The notes under the pieces: model-generated
What the model was told of the DNA's origin: nothing
Databases searched by the model: none
What the model saw: the letters and a program-made list of their open reading frames with translations, nothing else
Made by a program: the position numbers and the translations under genes
Shown: one piece after another, positions 16,662 through 26,880 of the stretch
Position numbering within the stretch: the stretch's first letter is position 1
Layout of the letters: each line of letters begins with the position of its first letter
Assembly (NCBI RefSeq): GCF_900167395.1
Contig: NZ_FUWK01000003.1
Coordinates: 120,001-152,000, forward strand
Length of the DNA stretch: 32,000 bases
Direction of reading: 5' to 3'
DNA from: Nitrosomonas europaea
GTDB lineage: Bacteria; Pseudomonadota; Gammaproteobacteria; Burkholderiales; Nitrosomonadaceae

Positions 16662-19600
16662 ATGGGTCGATCCATTAATAAGCATGCTACGGATGATAGC
16701 AGAAGCGAATCACTGAATACTGGCACACAAGAAAGTGGTACTGACAAATCATCTTCATCTCCTGTCGCTATCGTTGGCTTTGCTTTTCGTTTTCCGGGAG
16801 ATGTAAGCGATGAAACCGATTTCTGGAACGCACTGAAACAAAAACGTGATCTCGTAACCCAGATTCCGGCAGATCGCTGGGCTGTCGATGAATTACAGCA
16901 TGATAAACGTTCGGAGCACGGCCGCAGTATTACGTTCTCGGCAGGTGTTTTATCACATATAGAAGAATTCGATGCGAGCTTCTTCGGGATTTCACCACGG
17001 GAAGCAGCGGTACTCGATCCTCAGCAGCGTCTTTTACTGGAGCTGACCTGGGAAACCATGGAAAACGCCGGAATTCCCCCTTCCTCCATGGCAGGTTCGG
17101 ATTGCGCGGTCTATGTGGGAATTTCCGGGTTTGATTATGGTATGTGCGAAGTGGATGATCTTGCTGTCATCACCTCGCACTCGATGACGGGCAATACACT
17201 CAGTATTGCCGCCAACCGTATTTCCTATGCTTTTGATTTGCACGGCCCTTCACTGGCCGTGGACACAGCCTGTTCTTCATCGCTGGTGGCGCTGCATCAC
17301 GCCTGTAATTGCCTGCGTAACGGGGAAGCCTCTACCGCTCTGGTTGGCGGAGTCAATTTATTGCTTCATCCCTATCCGTTTGTCGGATTCACCAAAGCAT
17401 CCATGCTTTCTGCCAAGGGTCGATGCAAACCTTTCGATGCTTCAGGAGACGGTTATGTGCGTTCAGAAGGTGCTGCCGTTCTGTTGCTCAAGCCTTTGGA
17501 AAAGGCGCTGGCCGATGGCGATGATGTTCATGCAGTCATTCTCTCCAGTGGAGTCAATGCCGATGGTGCCCGGAAAACCGGTATTACCATTCCCAGTAGC
17601 GATGGCCAGGCTGAATTGATGCGTGCGGTACTGTCTCGCAGTGGGCTTTCATCAAAAGAAGTTGATTTCATCGAAGCGCATGGAACCGGGACAGTAGTAG
17701 GTGATCCGGTTGAAACCAGGGCGATCGGTATGGTTTATGGTCAGGAACGTACCAGACCGTTACCCATTGGATCGGTCAAGGCCAATCTCGGTCATCTTGA
17801 ACCGGCTTCGGGCATGGCCGGCCTGATCAAAACAATACTGGCGCTCAAACACCGGGCGCTGCCACCCGCGATCCATCTGCACACACCTAACCCGCATATC
17901 GATTTCCAGGCGTTGAACCTGGAGCTGATCAGGAAATATAAGCCATTCAGTCGCAAACGGAAGAAACCACTTGTTGCCGGCGTCAATTCTTTCGGATTTG
18001 GGGGTGCCAATGCCCACGTGTTGTTAAAGGAGTTTGTTCCTCAAGATAGCAAGGCTGATACGTCATCGACCATGGAATCATTGCCGCCGCTCTTCCTGTC
18101 TGCCCGTACTGAGGCCGCTTTACGCGCTACGGCGGAGCATTACGTCGAACTGCTGAAAGGCAAATCTCCGCAGGAATTTTATGACATTGCCCATGCAGCG
18201 GCTTATCGGCGAGAGCAAATGGAAAAAAGACTGGCACTGCATACCGGCAAGGTGGATTCAACAGTCGATCTGCTCGATCGTTATGCCAAAGGTGACATGG
18301 TTTCCCGGGTTTTTGTCGAGGATGAGTTGCCGCAGAGCGGGGGAGTGGCTTTTGTCTACTCGGGAAATGGTACCCAATGGGCGGGGATGGGGCGTGCGTT
18401 GCTTGCTGAATCTCCCCGGTTCAAAGAAATTCTCAGTGAAATTGATGAAATCATGCTGCCACAGGCAGGCTTTTCACTGATTACCGAGCTGGAAGCAGAG
18501 GATACAAATTCCAGACTGGATGATACGCGTGTTGCACAACCGCTGCTTTTTGCCATCCAGGTGGGTGTTACCACATTGCTTAGAGAGCAGGGTATTGAGC
18601 CTTCAGCCGTTACAGGGCACAGCGTAGGTGAAATTGCGGCTGCATGGGCATCGGGCGCGCTGGATCTGCAACAGGCCATTCATGTCATTTGTGTTCGCAG
18701 CCAGGCACAGGGGCTGACTCGTGGAAAAGGCCGGATGGCAGCGGTAGGTCTGTCTGTCGAAGCGATACAGGAAATTATCACCACATTGGGTGTCGATGCT
18801 GAAGTGGAAATAGCCGGAATCAACAGTCCCGGCAATGTTACGCTCTCCGGCCCTCTCGAAGATTTGCAGCAAATACAGAGCGTGGCTGAATCCCGGGGCA
18901 TTTTCTTCCGGCTGCTCGATCTCGATTATGCTTTCCATAGTCGCCAGATGGATGCCATTGAAGAACCATTGATTCGTCAGCTGGGTGAACTTGCTCCTGC
19001 TTACACGGAAAGAGCCACGTTTGTTTCAACCGTTACCGGCAATGAGATTGACGGCCGTTTGCTCGATGCGGGTTACTGGTGGCGTAACGTGCGTCAACCG
19101 GTTCAGTTTGCTGCTGCGATCAATAGAATTGCCGGGCTGGGTTGCAGAATATTGATTGAAATCGGGCCACATGCGATTTTGCAGCGGTATATGGGTGAAT
19201 GTCTGGCTGCGGCTGAAGTTCAGGGGCGTGTGATCCCGACATTGCGCCGTGATGACAACGGTTTGCAGAGAATTACCGAAACCGTGCTGCGTACACAGCT
19301 TCTTGCTGAGCGGCCATCGCTACAAACTTATTTCTCTGTTCCGGGCCGGCGGGTTCGTCTGCCCAACTATCCGTGGCAACGGGAACGGCACTGGATACCG
19401 TGGACGAATGAGGGATTACATTCGCTGGATCGTCGCCGGGTACATCCACTGCTGGGCTGGCGTATTCCGGGTGTCGATACCCTCTGGGAGAATACACTCG
19501 ATCCGGTCACCTTGCCATGGCTGGCAGATCACAAGGTAGGCGGTGCTATCGTCTATCCCGGTGCTGCGTATGCCGAAATGTCACTGGCTGCTGCGCGTGA

Positions 19601-22600
19601 ATGGCTGGGAGGAAAGCATTTCACAGTAGAGCAACTCGATATCATCTCCCCGATGGTTTTTGATGGTGAACATGCACGTACCACCCATCTGATTCTCAAT
19701 CCACGTGATGGTGGATTCCAGATCAAAAGTCGCCAGCGGCTCAGCGATGACGAATGGACGCTGCACGCTTCAGGACGCATTCTGGAAGCAGTCAACAGAA
19801 TTCCTGTGGCGCGTATCGATGCGCCCGCAGTATCTGCTGAACACGTCGGGCATGAAATCCATTATCAGCGTGCATCACAGCTGGGCCTTGATTATGGCCC
19901 GGGTTTTCAAGGCGTGAGCAATATAAACATCGCAGCAGAAAGGCTTGAGGCTACTCTATCCTGCCCCGAATTACAGCATTTCGATGATTATCTGCTGCAC
20001 CCGGCAATACTGGATCTTTGCTTTCAGTCACTGATCGATTTCTTTGGTGAAGCAATCGATGCCGGGCAGGGGATCGCCTTGCTTCCCGTCAAAATGGGTA
20101 AGCTGAATTTTTGCGGCAATGGAAAAGTGGCATTCTTGCGTGCCAGACTATGTCGTCATGGTACCCGTTCCGCACTGGCGGATTTCGAACTGCTGGACAA
20201 TCAGAATAATCTGATCGCCAGTGCTTCGGCCTGCCGGTTCCGTGCTGCCCACCTCAAGCGTCACGTTCAGCAGAACATATCGAACTGGCGTATTGTTCCC
20301 TGGCTTAAGCCCCATCCGCTCGATGGTATGACCACGGCCATGCCGCCTGTAGCAGGCCTCATCGAACAAGTACGAGCACAATTCGATCGTGTCAAACATG
20401 ATCGTCATACCTTATTCAAGGAAATACTTCCACTTACCGAAGCGTTGACATTATCGTTTGCCTGGCAGGCTGTACGGCAGATTCAACAGTATCGTCCATT
20501 GGATTGGCAGCAGATTTTTGATGGATCTCATGCAACTGCCCACGCCCGCTGGCTGGCGAATCTGCTGATCACTGAAGGATTGCTGAATAAAGATGATGCC
20601 GGCCAGTGGTTTGTCACTATCGATGCGGATCTGCCTTCACCGGAAACAGTCTGGCAAACACTGCTAAATGATTTCCCGGTGTACCTGCCGCAGCTGATGC
20701 TCATGGGGAGAGTCGGTCAGCAATTGCCGGCATTGTTGTGTGGAGAAACTGATGCGCTGAAATTGCTGAATGAGTTGAAACATTCACCTGTGGCTGAAAT
20801 GCGTTACCACGATGATCCGGTTTATCTGGGGATGCGGCTTGCTCTCGAGGAAATATTCAGAAATCTGGCAGGCAGCTGGCCTGTATCACGCCGGCTGCGA
20901 ATTCTGGAAATCACCGCTGGTTCCAGTGAACTGCCGAAAATACTGACGGGTTCATTACCCGAAGATCGTTTCGACTATGTTCTGGCCTTGCCGGATGAAG
21001 CTATGCAGGCACGCCAGCAGATCGAATATCAGGAGGATGCCAGCATTGTCGTGGCACGGTATGAGCCTGCCACACTGAAACTGTCTGCTGATCGTCGGTT
21101 ACCTGATGCATTCGATGTCATTGTCCTGCATCACGCATTACATCGGACAAACAGCCCACACACAGCGCTGGCTCAAATCCGGCATCTGCTGGCTGCCGGG
21201 GGCATTCTTTTGCTGGCTGAACAGCATTCAGACTGGAGTACCAATTTTCTGGAAGGGATCGATCCCGGCTGGTGGCGTCAGCGCAACAAAACGCCAGATC
21301 TACCAGTATCTCCATTGTTATCGCCCGCAACGTGGCAACAATTGCTGAAGGATGCGGGATTTACGGATACAGAAACATTCTTTGAGCCCGCTGCAGAAGG
21401 TCTGGCCGAGGGAGCTTATCTGTTGCTTGCCAGATGCCCCGCACGAGATAGTGCCATTATTCCCGAGCCCGTCACTGCCTCGTGGTTACTGGTAGCAGAC
21501 GAATCTTCCGCAACCCTGGCCAGGCACCTGAGTAACCGGCTGCAATCATCGGGACAGCAGGTAACCATCACCAGCCGGATAGATGATGATCTTTTGCAGA
21601 ATACTGACCACATCGTTCATCTGCCGGGCTGGAACGATACTCCTGACCAGGCTGCGGATACGGTAACCCGGTTGATGGAGGATGTGAAGCTGCTGGCTGC
21701 CCGGATCGGGAAAACACCTCAATTCTGGCTCGTGACCCGTGGCGGTACGCTCATTAGCGGATGCCCGGCCGAGTCGGAATCCAGTCCGGCACAGTCTGCG
21801 CTCTGGGGATTCGGCCGTGTCGTCATGAACGAATATCCTCAGCTCGCCTGCACACTCATCGATCTGGTTTGTAACCCGGCAACCGTCAATCTGGCAGACC
21901 GGCTGGTGAATGAACTGCTTGTCCCGGATGGCAGCAATGAAATTGTGCTTTCCGCAGCAGCGCGCTACTGCCTGGTCATGCAGGAAGCAACGAACCAGCA
22001 GATCAGGACGACAGAGCAGTCAGAGAAAAAGGATGAGCGATTTCATCTTGATTTTCACGTCCCCGGACAATTGCGCAACCTCGTCTGGTTGCCTGATGTT
22101 AAGCGTCAACTGGGTGATGACGAGGTTGAAGTATGTACCCGGGCCACCGGCCTCAATTTCCGTGATGTCATGTACCTCATGGGCCTGCTTCCGGATGAGG
22201 CCGTCGAAAATGGTTTTGCAGGCGCCAGCCTCGGGCTGGAATTTTCAGGGATCATCAGCCGGGTTGGGGCACGTGTAAAAGGCCTGTTACCCGGTGATGC
22301 GGTCATGGGATTCGGTTCTTCCTGCTTTGCCAGCCATGTCATCACGCGAGCAGATGCCGTAGCACCTATGCCCGAGAACTGGTCGTTCGAGGCCGCAGCG
22401 ACTGTACCCACCGTTTTTCTGACCGTCTATTACGCGCTCAAGCAGCTGGCAGCTCTGCAGCCGGGAGAGAGGGTACTGATTCACGGTGCAGCAGGGGGAG
22501 TCGGTATCGCTGCCATCCAGCTTGCACGTTATCTTGGCGCGGAAATTTATGCCACTGCAGGCAGTGATGAGAAACGGGATTTCGTCAAATTGCTGGGAGC

Positions 22601-24296
22601 GGATCATGTGTTCGATTCACGCAGCCTGGCATTTGCTGACGATATTCTTGATGCCACTGCAGGTGAAGGAGTGGATGTGGTTCTCAATTCACTTGCGGGT
22701 GAAGCCATGCGTCGCAGTATCGATGTGTTGAAACCCTTTGGCCGTTTTCTTGAACTGGGCAAACGCGATTTTTTTGAAAATACCCCGGTTGGCTTGCGTC
22801 CCTTCAAGAACAATATCAGCTATTTCGGCATCGATGCGGATCAGTTACTGACTGCGCGTCCCAGGCTTGCCGTACAACTCTTTCATGAGGTCATGGCACT
22901 GTTTCGTGAACAGGCACTGGCACCACTGCCTTATCGGGTATTTTCAGCCAATCGCATTACGGATGCTTTCCGTGTGATGCAGCAAGCACGCCATATCGGC
23001 AAAATTGTCGTGTCTCTGGCAGATGCACGGCCAGATATCGAACAGCCTTTACAACCTGTTCCGGCAATACGATTTGAAAGAAACAGTACATGGCTGGTCA
23101 CCGGCGGGCTTTCCGGTTTTGGCCTGGAATCTGCCCGCTGGCTGGCAGAACGGGGTGTCGATCACTTAGTGCTGGCAGGGCGCCGTGGTATGGATACGCC
23201 AGGAGCAAAGGAAATCATCGAAACTTTCGCGGTTCAAGGGGTAAAAGTGATCGCACAGGCGTGCGACATCACTCACGCTGCAGCGGTTGATACGCTGATC
23301 GAACGTATCGGTAAAACACTGCCTCCTCTCAAAGGTGTGCTGCATGCAGCAGCGGTTTTCGACGATCAGCTGATTTCCAGTCTCGATCAGAAGCGCATCA
23401 GCAATGTCATGGATGCCAAACTGCTGGGCGCCTGGCATTTGCACCAGGCCACGCTCGGCACGCCGCTGGATTATTTCATTCTGTACTCCTCGGTTACTAC
23501 CGCAATCGGAAATCCGGGGCAGGCCAATTATGTGGCTGCCAATGCAGGGCTCGAAGGGCTGGCGGCTATGCGTCGGCACATGGGTTTGCCAGCCACCTGC
23601 ATTGCCTGGGGACCTGTCAGCGACACGGGATACCTCGCGCGTAATCAAGCCGTCAGAGACAGTCTCGAACAGCGCCTCGGTAAACCGCCTCTTCCGGCTG
23701 CAGAAGCGCTCACTCAACTGGATGTTGCACTCAATGACGAAACCGGATTTGTTATTCCTGCTGACTTCGACTGGAATACGCTGAGCCATCTGCTGCCTTC
23801 AGCGAGCGGTAATCGTTTTGCTATTCTCAACCGGAACAGACGCAGCACCTCTCAAACTACCGAATCGATTGATATTCGGACGTTCATTATTGGAAAAACC
23901 CGGGCTGAGGTAACAGAAATCGTACGTGGCTTTGTAGTGGAGGAGGTTGCGCAGATCCTGAGCATCAGCCCGGATCGTATCGAGTCAGGGCGCTCCCTGC
24001 ATGATCATGGTATGGATTCGCTGATGGCGGTCGAGCTTGCTCTGGGGCTGGAGCGGCGCTTTGGTATCCAGTTACCGGTCATGATGCTCAACGATGCGCC
24101 CACGATTCATACAGTCACGGCACGTATCGTCGAGAAACTGACAAATAAAGGGGATATGCCGGAGGGAGAACAATCAGTCAGCCAGGTCACCGAGTTTATC
24201 CGTCAGCACGGAGAGGAATTGATGCCGGAAGAAATCGACATCCTGAGTGAGGATGTACGCCATTTTGCTCAACAAGGAACAAGTCTAATCGCATGA
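16662..24296 (+). CDS. type I polyketide synthase, single fully reducing module: KS-AT-DH-MT-like-ER-KR-ACP, no TE
   Basis: 2544 aa; SD AGAAGGA 8 nt upstream.
Domains, with my own residue and nt estimates:
- KS aa ~34-456 (16761..18029): DTACSSS Cys204, EAHGTGT His340, NLGHLE His378.
- AT aa ~562-860 (18345..19241): GHSVGE Ser654, Arg679, YAFHS.
- DH aa ~925-1200 (19434..20261): HPLLG, LADHKVGGAIVYPGAAY, YGPGFQ, HPAILDLCFQ.
- MT-like aa ~1395-1595 (20844..21446): motif I reads LEITAGSS.
- ER aa ~1795-2120 (22044..23021): LIHGAAGGVGIAAIQLA.
- KR aa ~2140-2325 (23079..23636): TGGLSGFG, YSS, GQANYVAAN.
- ACP aa ~2405-2490 (23874..24131): GMDSL Ser2453.
A 55-aa tail follows the ACP. Confidence 0.97.
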   Translation: MGRSINKHATDDSRSESLNTGTQESGTDKSSSSPVAIVGFAFRFPGDVSDETDFWNALKQKRDLVTQIPADRWAVDELQHDKRSEHGRSITFSAGVLSHIEEFDASFFGISPREAAVLDPQQRLLLELTWETMENAGIPPSSMAGSDCAVYVGISGFDYGMCEVDDLAVITSHSMTGNTLSIAANRISYAFDLHGPSLAVDTACSSSLVALHHACNCLRNGEASTALVGGVNLLLHPYPFVGFTKASMLSAKGRCKPFDASGDGYVRSEGAAVLLLKPLEKALADGDDVHAVILSSGVNADGARKTGITIPSSDGQAELMRAVLSRSGLSSKEVDFIEAHGTGTVVGDPVETRAIGMVYGQERTRPLPIGSVKANLGHLEPASGMAGLIKTILALKHRALPPAIHLHTPNPHIDFQALNLELIRKYKPFSRKRKKPLVAGVNSFGFGGANAHVLLKEFVPQDSKADTSSTMESLPPLFLSARTEAALRATAEHYVELLKGKSPQEFYDIAHAAAYRREQMEKRLALHTGKVDSTVDLLDRYAKGDMVSRVFVEDELPQSGGVAFVYSGNGTQWAGMGRALLAESPRFKEILSEIDEIMLPQAGFSLITELEAEDTNSRLDDTRVAQPLLFAIQVGVTTLLREQGIEPSAVTGHSVGEIAAAWASGALDLQQAIHVICVRSQAQGLTRGKGRMAAVGLSVEAIQEIITTLGVDAEVEIAGINSPGNVTLSGPLEDLQQIQSVAESRGIFFRLLDLDYAFHSRQMDAIEEPLIRQLGELAPAYTERATFVSTVTGNEIDGRLLDAGYWWRNVRQPVQFAAAINRIAGLGCRILIEIGPHAILQRYMGECLAAAEVQGRVIPTLRRDDNGLQRITETVLRTQLLAERPSLQTYFSVPGRRVRLPNYPWQRERHWIPWTNEGLHSLDRRRVHPLLGWRIPGVDTLWENTLDPVTLPWLADHKVGGAIVYPGAAYAEMSLAAAREWLGGKHFTVEQLDIISPMVFDGEHARTTHLILNPRDGGFQIKSRQRLSDDEWTLHASGRILEAVNRIPVARIDAPAVSAEHVGHEIHYQRASQLGLDYGPGFQGVSNINIAAERLEATLSCPELQHFDDYLLHPAILDLCFQSLIDFFGEAIDAGQGIALLPVKMGKLNFCGNGKVAFLRARLCRHGTRSALADFELLDNQNNLIASASACRFRAAHLKRHVQQNISNWRIVPWLKPHPLDGMTTAMPPVAGLIEQVRAQFDRVKHDRHTLFKEILPLTEALTLSFAWQAVRQIQQYRPLDWQQIFDGSHATAHARWLANLLITEGLLNKDDAGQWFVTIDADLPSPETVWQTLLNDFPVYLPQLMLMGRVGQQLPALLCGETDALKLLNELKHSPVAEMRYHDDPVYLGMRLALEEIFRNLAGSWPVSRRLRILEITAGSSELPKILTGSLPEDRFDYVLALPDEAMQARQQIEYQEDASIVVARYEPATLKLSADRRLPDAFDVIVLHHALHRTNSPHTALAQIRHLLAAGGILLLAEQHSDWSTNFLEGIDPGWWRQRNKTPDLPVSPLLSPATWQQLLKDAGFTDTETFFEPAAEGLAEGAYLLLARCPARDSAIIPEPVTASWLLVADESSATLARHLSNRLQSSGQQVTITSRIDDDLLQNTDHIVHLPGWNDTPDQAADTVTRLMEDVKLLAARIGKTPQFWLVTRGGTLISGCPAESESSPAQSALWGFGRVVMNEYPQLACTLIDLVCNPATVNLADRLVNELLVPDGSNEIVLSAAARYCLVMQEATNQQIRTTEQSEKKDERFHLDFHVPGQLRNLVWLPDVKRQLGDDEVEVCTRATGLNFRDVMYLMGLLPDEAVENGFAGASLGLEFSGIISRVGARVKGLLPGDAVMGFGSSCFASHVITRADAVAPMPENWSFEAAATVPTVFLTVYYALKQLAALQPGERVLIHGAAGGVGIAAIQLARYLGAEIYATAGSDEKRDFVKLLGADHVFDSRSLAFADDILDATAGEGVDVVLNSLAGEAMRRSIDVLKPFGRFLELGKRDFFENTPVGLRPFKNNISYFGIDADQLLTARPRLAVQLFHEVMALFREQALAPLPYRVFSANRITDAFRVMQQARHIGKIVVSLADARPDIEQPLQPVPAIRFERNSTWLVTGGLSGFGLESARWLAERGVDHLVLAGRRGMDTPGAKEIIETFAVQGVKVIAQACDITHAAAVDTLIERIGKTLPPLKGVLHAAAVFDDQLISSLDQKRISNVMDAKLLGAWHLHQATLGTPLDYFILYSSVTTAIGNPGQANYVAANAGLEGLAAMRRHMGLPATCIAWGPVSDTGYLARNQAVRDSLEQRLGKPPLPAAEALTQLDVALNDETGFVIPADFDWNTLSHLLPSASGNRFAILNRNRRSTSQTTESIDIRTFIIGKTRAEVTEIVRGFVVEEVAQILSISPDRIESGRSLHDHGMDSLMAVELALGLERRFGIQLPVMMLNDAPTIHTVTARIVEKLTNKGDMPEGEQSVSQVTEFIRQHGEELMPEEIDILSEDVRHFAQQGTSLIA

Positions 24297-25627
24297 ACAA
24301 ACTCAGTCTTACCCGGAAAGCCAGAACACATCTCATAGATCATATTCTTGGCAGAAAAATGGAAGTAGCGGGTGGTGCTGCTCCTGCGTCGGCGGAGTGT
24401 CCAACCCGTTACTCGTCGATTCCTGATGCCTTTACCCGTTTTGACCGTTTCCCCGGCTATGAAAAAATGCTGGTTCCCAAGGCAGCATCCGAGCGATTGG
24501 GTCTGGTAAATCCGTTTTTCCGGTCACACGATGGCGTGGCGGGAGCAACTACGCTCATCGGTGGACGTGAATTCATCAATTTTTCCAATTACAGCTACCT
24601 TGGACTGGCCGGCCACCCTGCCGTGAGCCGAGCGGCAAAAGAAGCTATCGATCGCTATGGTACATCGGCATCTGCAAGCAGACTCGTGGCAGGTGAGCGA
24701 CCGGCTCAGCGCAAACTGGAAGAAGCGCTGGCTAATTTATATGAGGTGGATGACTGCATCGTATTTGTCAGCGGACATGCGACCAACGTCAGCACGATCG
24801 GCTGTCTCTTCGGCCCGAAAGATCTGGTGATTCACGACAGTCTCATCCATAACAGTGTATTGCAGGGGATTCAGCTTTCAGGCGCAGCCCGTCGTTCATT
24901 TCCACATAATGACATGGCGGCACTTGAACAAATCCTGGCTGAGATCCGCGCGCAGTTCGAACGTGTGCTGATCGTTACCGAAGGGCTTTACAGCATGGAT
25001 GGTGATATTCCGGATCTGCCGGAACTCATCCGCATCAAACAGCACCATAAAGCCTTTCTGATGGTGGATGAAGCGCATTCCCTGGGAGTACTGGGAGAGA
25101 CAGGAAAAGGAGTACGGGAACACTTCGGTATCCAAGGCAAAGCAGTGGATATCTGGATGGGCACGCTCAGCAAGACATTGGCTGGATGTGGCGGTTACAT
25201 TGCCGGAGAACGGGCGCTTGTCGAGCACCTGAAATATGCAGCACCAGGTTTTGTCTACAGTGTCGGTATGGCGCCCTCCCTGGCGGCTGCTTCTCTGGAA
25301 GCGTTGCGTATCATGCAGCGAGAACCGGAGCGGGTAGCACGGTTACGTGAACGAGGGCAGCAATTTCTGGAGCTGATGCAATCTCTGGGCGTCAATACCG
25401 GCCTTGCTCAGGGCTATGCCGTCATTCCCGCCATCATTGGCAGCTCGCTCAAAGCGGCCCGGCTGTCAAACCAGTTTTTCGATGCCGGTATCAATGTCCA
25501 GCCGATCATCCATCCCGCGGTTGAAGAGAAAGCCGCAAGACTCAGATTTTTCCTGTCAGCCATGCATACCGATCAGCACGTACGGTATACCTGTGAAGTC
25601 ATGAAGAAACTGACGGGTCTCCACTAA
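24293..25627 (+). CDS. alpha-oxoamine synthase family PLP enzyme (8-amino-7-oxononanoate synthase / serine palmitoyltransferase-like)
   Basis: 444 aa. NPFFRSHDGVAGATTLIGGREFINFSNYSYLGLAGHP, SGHATN (PLP-stacking His), MVDEAHSLG (Asp/His) and GTLSKTLAGCGGY (Schiff-base Lys) are the AOS-family motifs. The ATG overlaps the PKS TGA (ATGA at 24293..24296). The N-terminal ~70 aa precede the conserved core. Confidence 0.92.
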   Translation: MNKLSLTRKARTHLIDHILGRKMEVAGGAAPASAECPTRYSSIPDAFTRFDRFPGYEKMLVPKAASERLGLVNPFFRSHDGVAGATTLIGGREFINFSNYSYLGLAGHPAVSRAAKEAIDRYGTSASASRLVAGERPAQRKLEEALANLYEVDDCIVFVSGHATNVSTIGCLFGPKDLVIHDSLIHNSVLQGIQLSGAARRSFPHNDMAALEQILAEIRAQFERVLIVTEGLYSMDGDIPDLPELIRIKQHHKAFLMVDEAHSLGVLGETGKGVREHFGIQGKAVDIWMGTLSKTLAGCGGYIAGERALVEHLKYAAPGFVYSVGMAPSLAAASLEALRIMQREPERVARLRERGQQFLELMQSLGVNTGLAQGYAVIPAIIGSSLKAARLSNQFFDAGINVQPIIHPAVEEKAARLRFFLSAMHTDQHVRYTCEVMKKLTGLH

Positions 25628-25653
25628 TCCTTTTGCCTGTTAACAAGAAAAAT

Positions 25654-26844
25654 ATGAACACGGAGAATCACTTTATTCGTATCGGATTATTGCTGGCAGG
25701 AATCATGCTGATAAGTGCGCTGTCTGGTTGCGCAACTCAGCCTGACTGGGTTTCTTCCAGCGGGGCAAGCCGGGAGCAAATCCTGAAAAAGAGCGAACCC
25801 GGCCAGATTGGAGGGATCGGGTTGGTCGGTGTCGACGACACGCTTGCCAGAAAACTTTTTGAAGCGAAAAAACTGGGCCAGTTTGCCGATATTTTCCCGA
25901 GTTCATCCACCAATAACTACATCATCGGCCCGGGTGACGTGATCGATGTCACCATCTGGGAAGCTCCCCCCGCCATGCTGTTTGGCGCAATCGTTCTCGA
26001 CCCTTCAGCCGGCCCGACGACCACGCGAGGGGTTACCTTTCCGGAACAAATGGTGACGTCGGACAGCACAATTGCCATACCGTTTGCCGGCCGGGTTTCC
26101 GTCAGGGAGCGTACTGCCCAGGAGATTGAAAGAGAAATCATCGTACGGCTGTACGGTAAAGCCAACCAGCCCCAGGTACTGGTGCGGGTCATCAAAAACA
26201 ATACATCCAACGTCACGATCGTGGGCGAAGTCAATAACAGCACACTGATGGCACTGACACCCAAAGGCGAAAGACTGCTCGATGCGCTGGCCATAAGCGG
26301 TGGAGTCAAACAATCCATCAATCGTATGGCAGTTCAGCTATCACGCGCCAATGTGACAGCAACCATGGCGCTTGACTCGGTCATTCGGGATCCGAAGCAG
26401 AATATCCTGCTCAAACCCGGCGATGTGATTACTGCCTTGTATCAGCCGCAGAGTTTTTCGGTATTGGGGGCAACCGGTAAGAATGAAGAAGTACTCTTCG
26501 AAGCTCAGGGTATTTCTCTGGCACAGGCACTGGCGCGTTCGGGCGGCCTGGCGGATAACCGTGCCGATGCACGCGGTGTATTCATATTCCGGTTTGAAGA
26601 TGCAAAACTGGTCGATGCCGGTCATTCGTTGACTGCCGGAGCCGATGGGACTGTGCCAGTGGTGTATCAGGTCGATTTGCGTGATCCCGCATCATTCTTC
26701 GTCACCCAGAATTTTCCGGTCCAGAATCGCGATGTGATTTATGTCGCCAATTCTCCGGAAGCTGAATTCAACAAATTCATGAAGCTGCTGATATCCGTTG
26801 CGATGCCCGGCCTGACGATCAACCGAATGTTCCTGCTGAATTGA
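25654..26844 (+). CDS. outer-membrane polysaccharide export lipoprotein (OPX; Wza/CtrA/KpsD family)
   Basis: Start placed at the ATG at 25654 (MNTENHFIRIGLLLAGIMLISALSGC, lipobox L-S-G-C) rather than the TTG at 25633. Poly_export signature IIGPGDVIDVTIWE...P is followed by soluble-ligand-binding-type repeats (ILLKPGDVITAL, VQNRDVIYVANSP). Confidence 0.85.
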   Translation: MNTENHFIRIGLLLAGIMLISALSGCATQPDWVSSSGASREQILKKSEPGQIGGIGLVGVDDTLARKLFEAKKLGQFADIFPSSSTNNYIIGPGDVIDVTIWEAPPAMLFGAIVLDPSAGPTTTRGVTFPEQMVTSDSTIAIPFAGRVSVRERTAQEIEREIIVRLYGKANQPQVLVRVIKNNTSNVTIVGEVNNSTLMALTPKGERLLDALAISGGVKQSINRMAVQLSRANVTATMALDSVIRDPKQNILLKPGDVITALYQPQSFSVLGATGKNEEVLFEAQGISLAQALARSGGLADNRADARGVFIFRFEDAKLVDAGHSLTAGADGTVPVVYQVDLRDPASFFVTQNFPVQNRDVIYVANSPEAEFNKFMKLLISVAMPGLTINRMFLLN

Positions 26845-26880
26845 TGACTCGACCCAATCCACTGCTGTTTTCTTTCAGGT

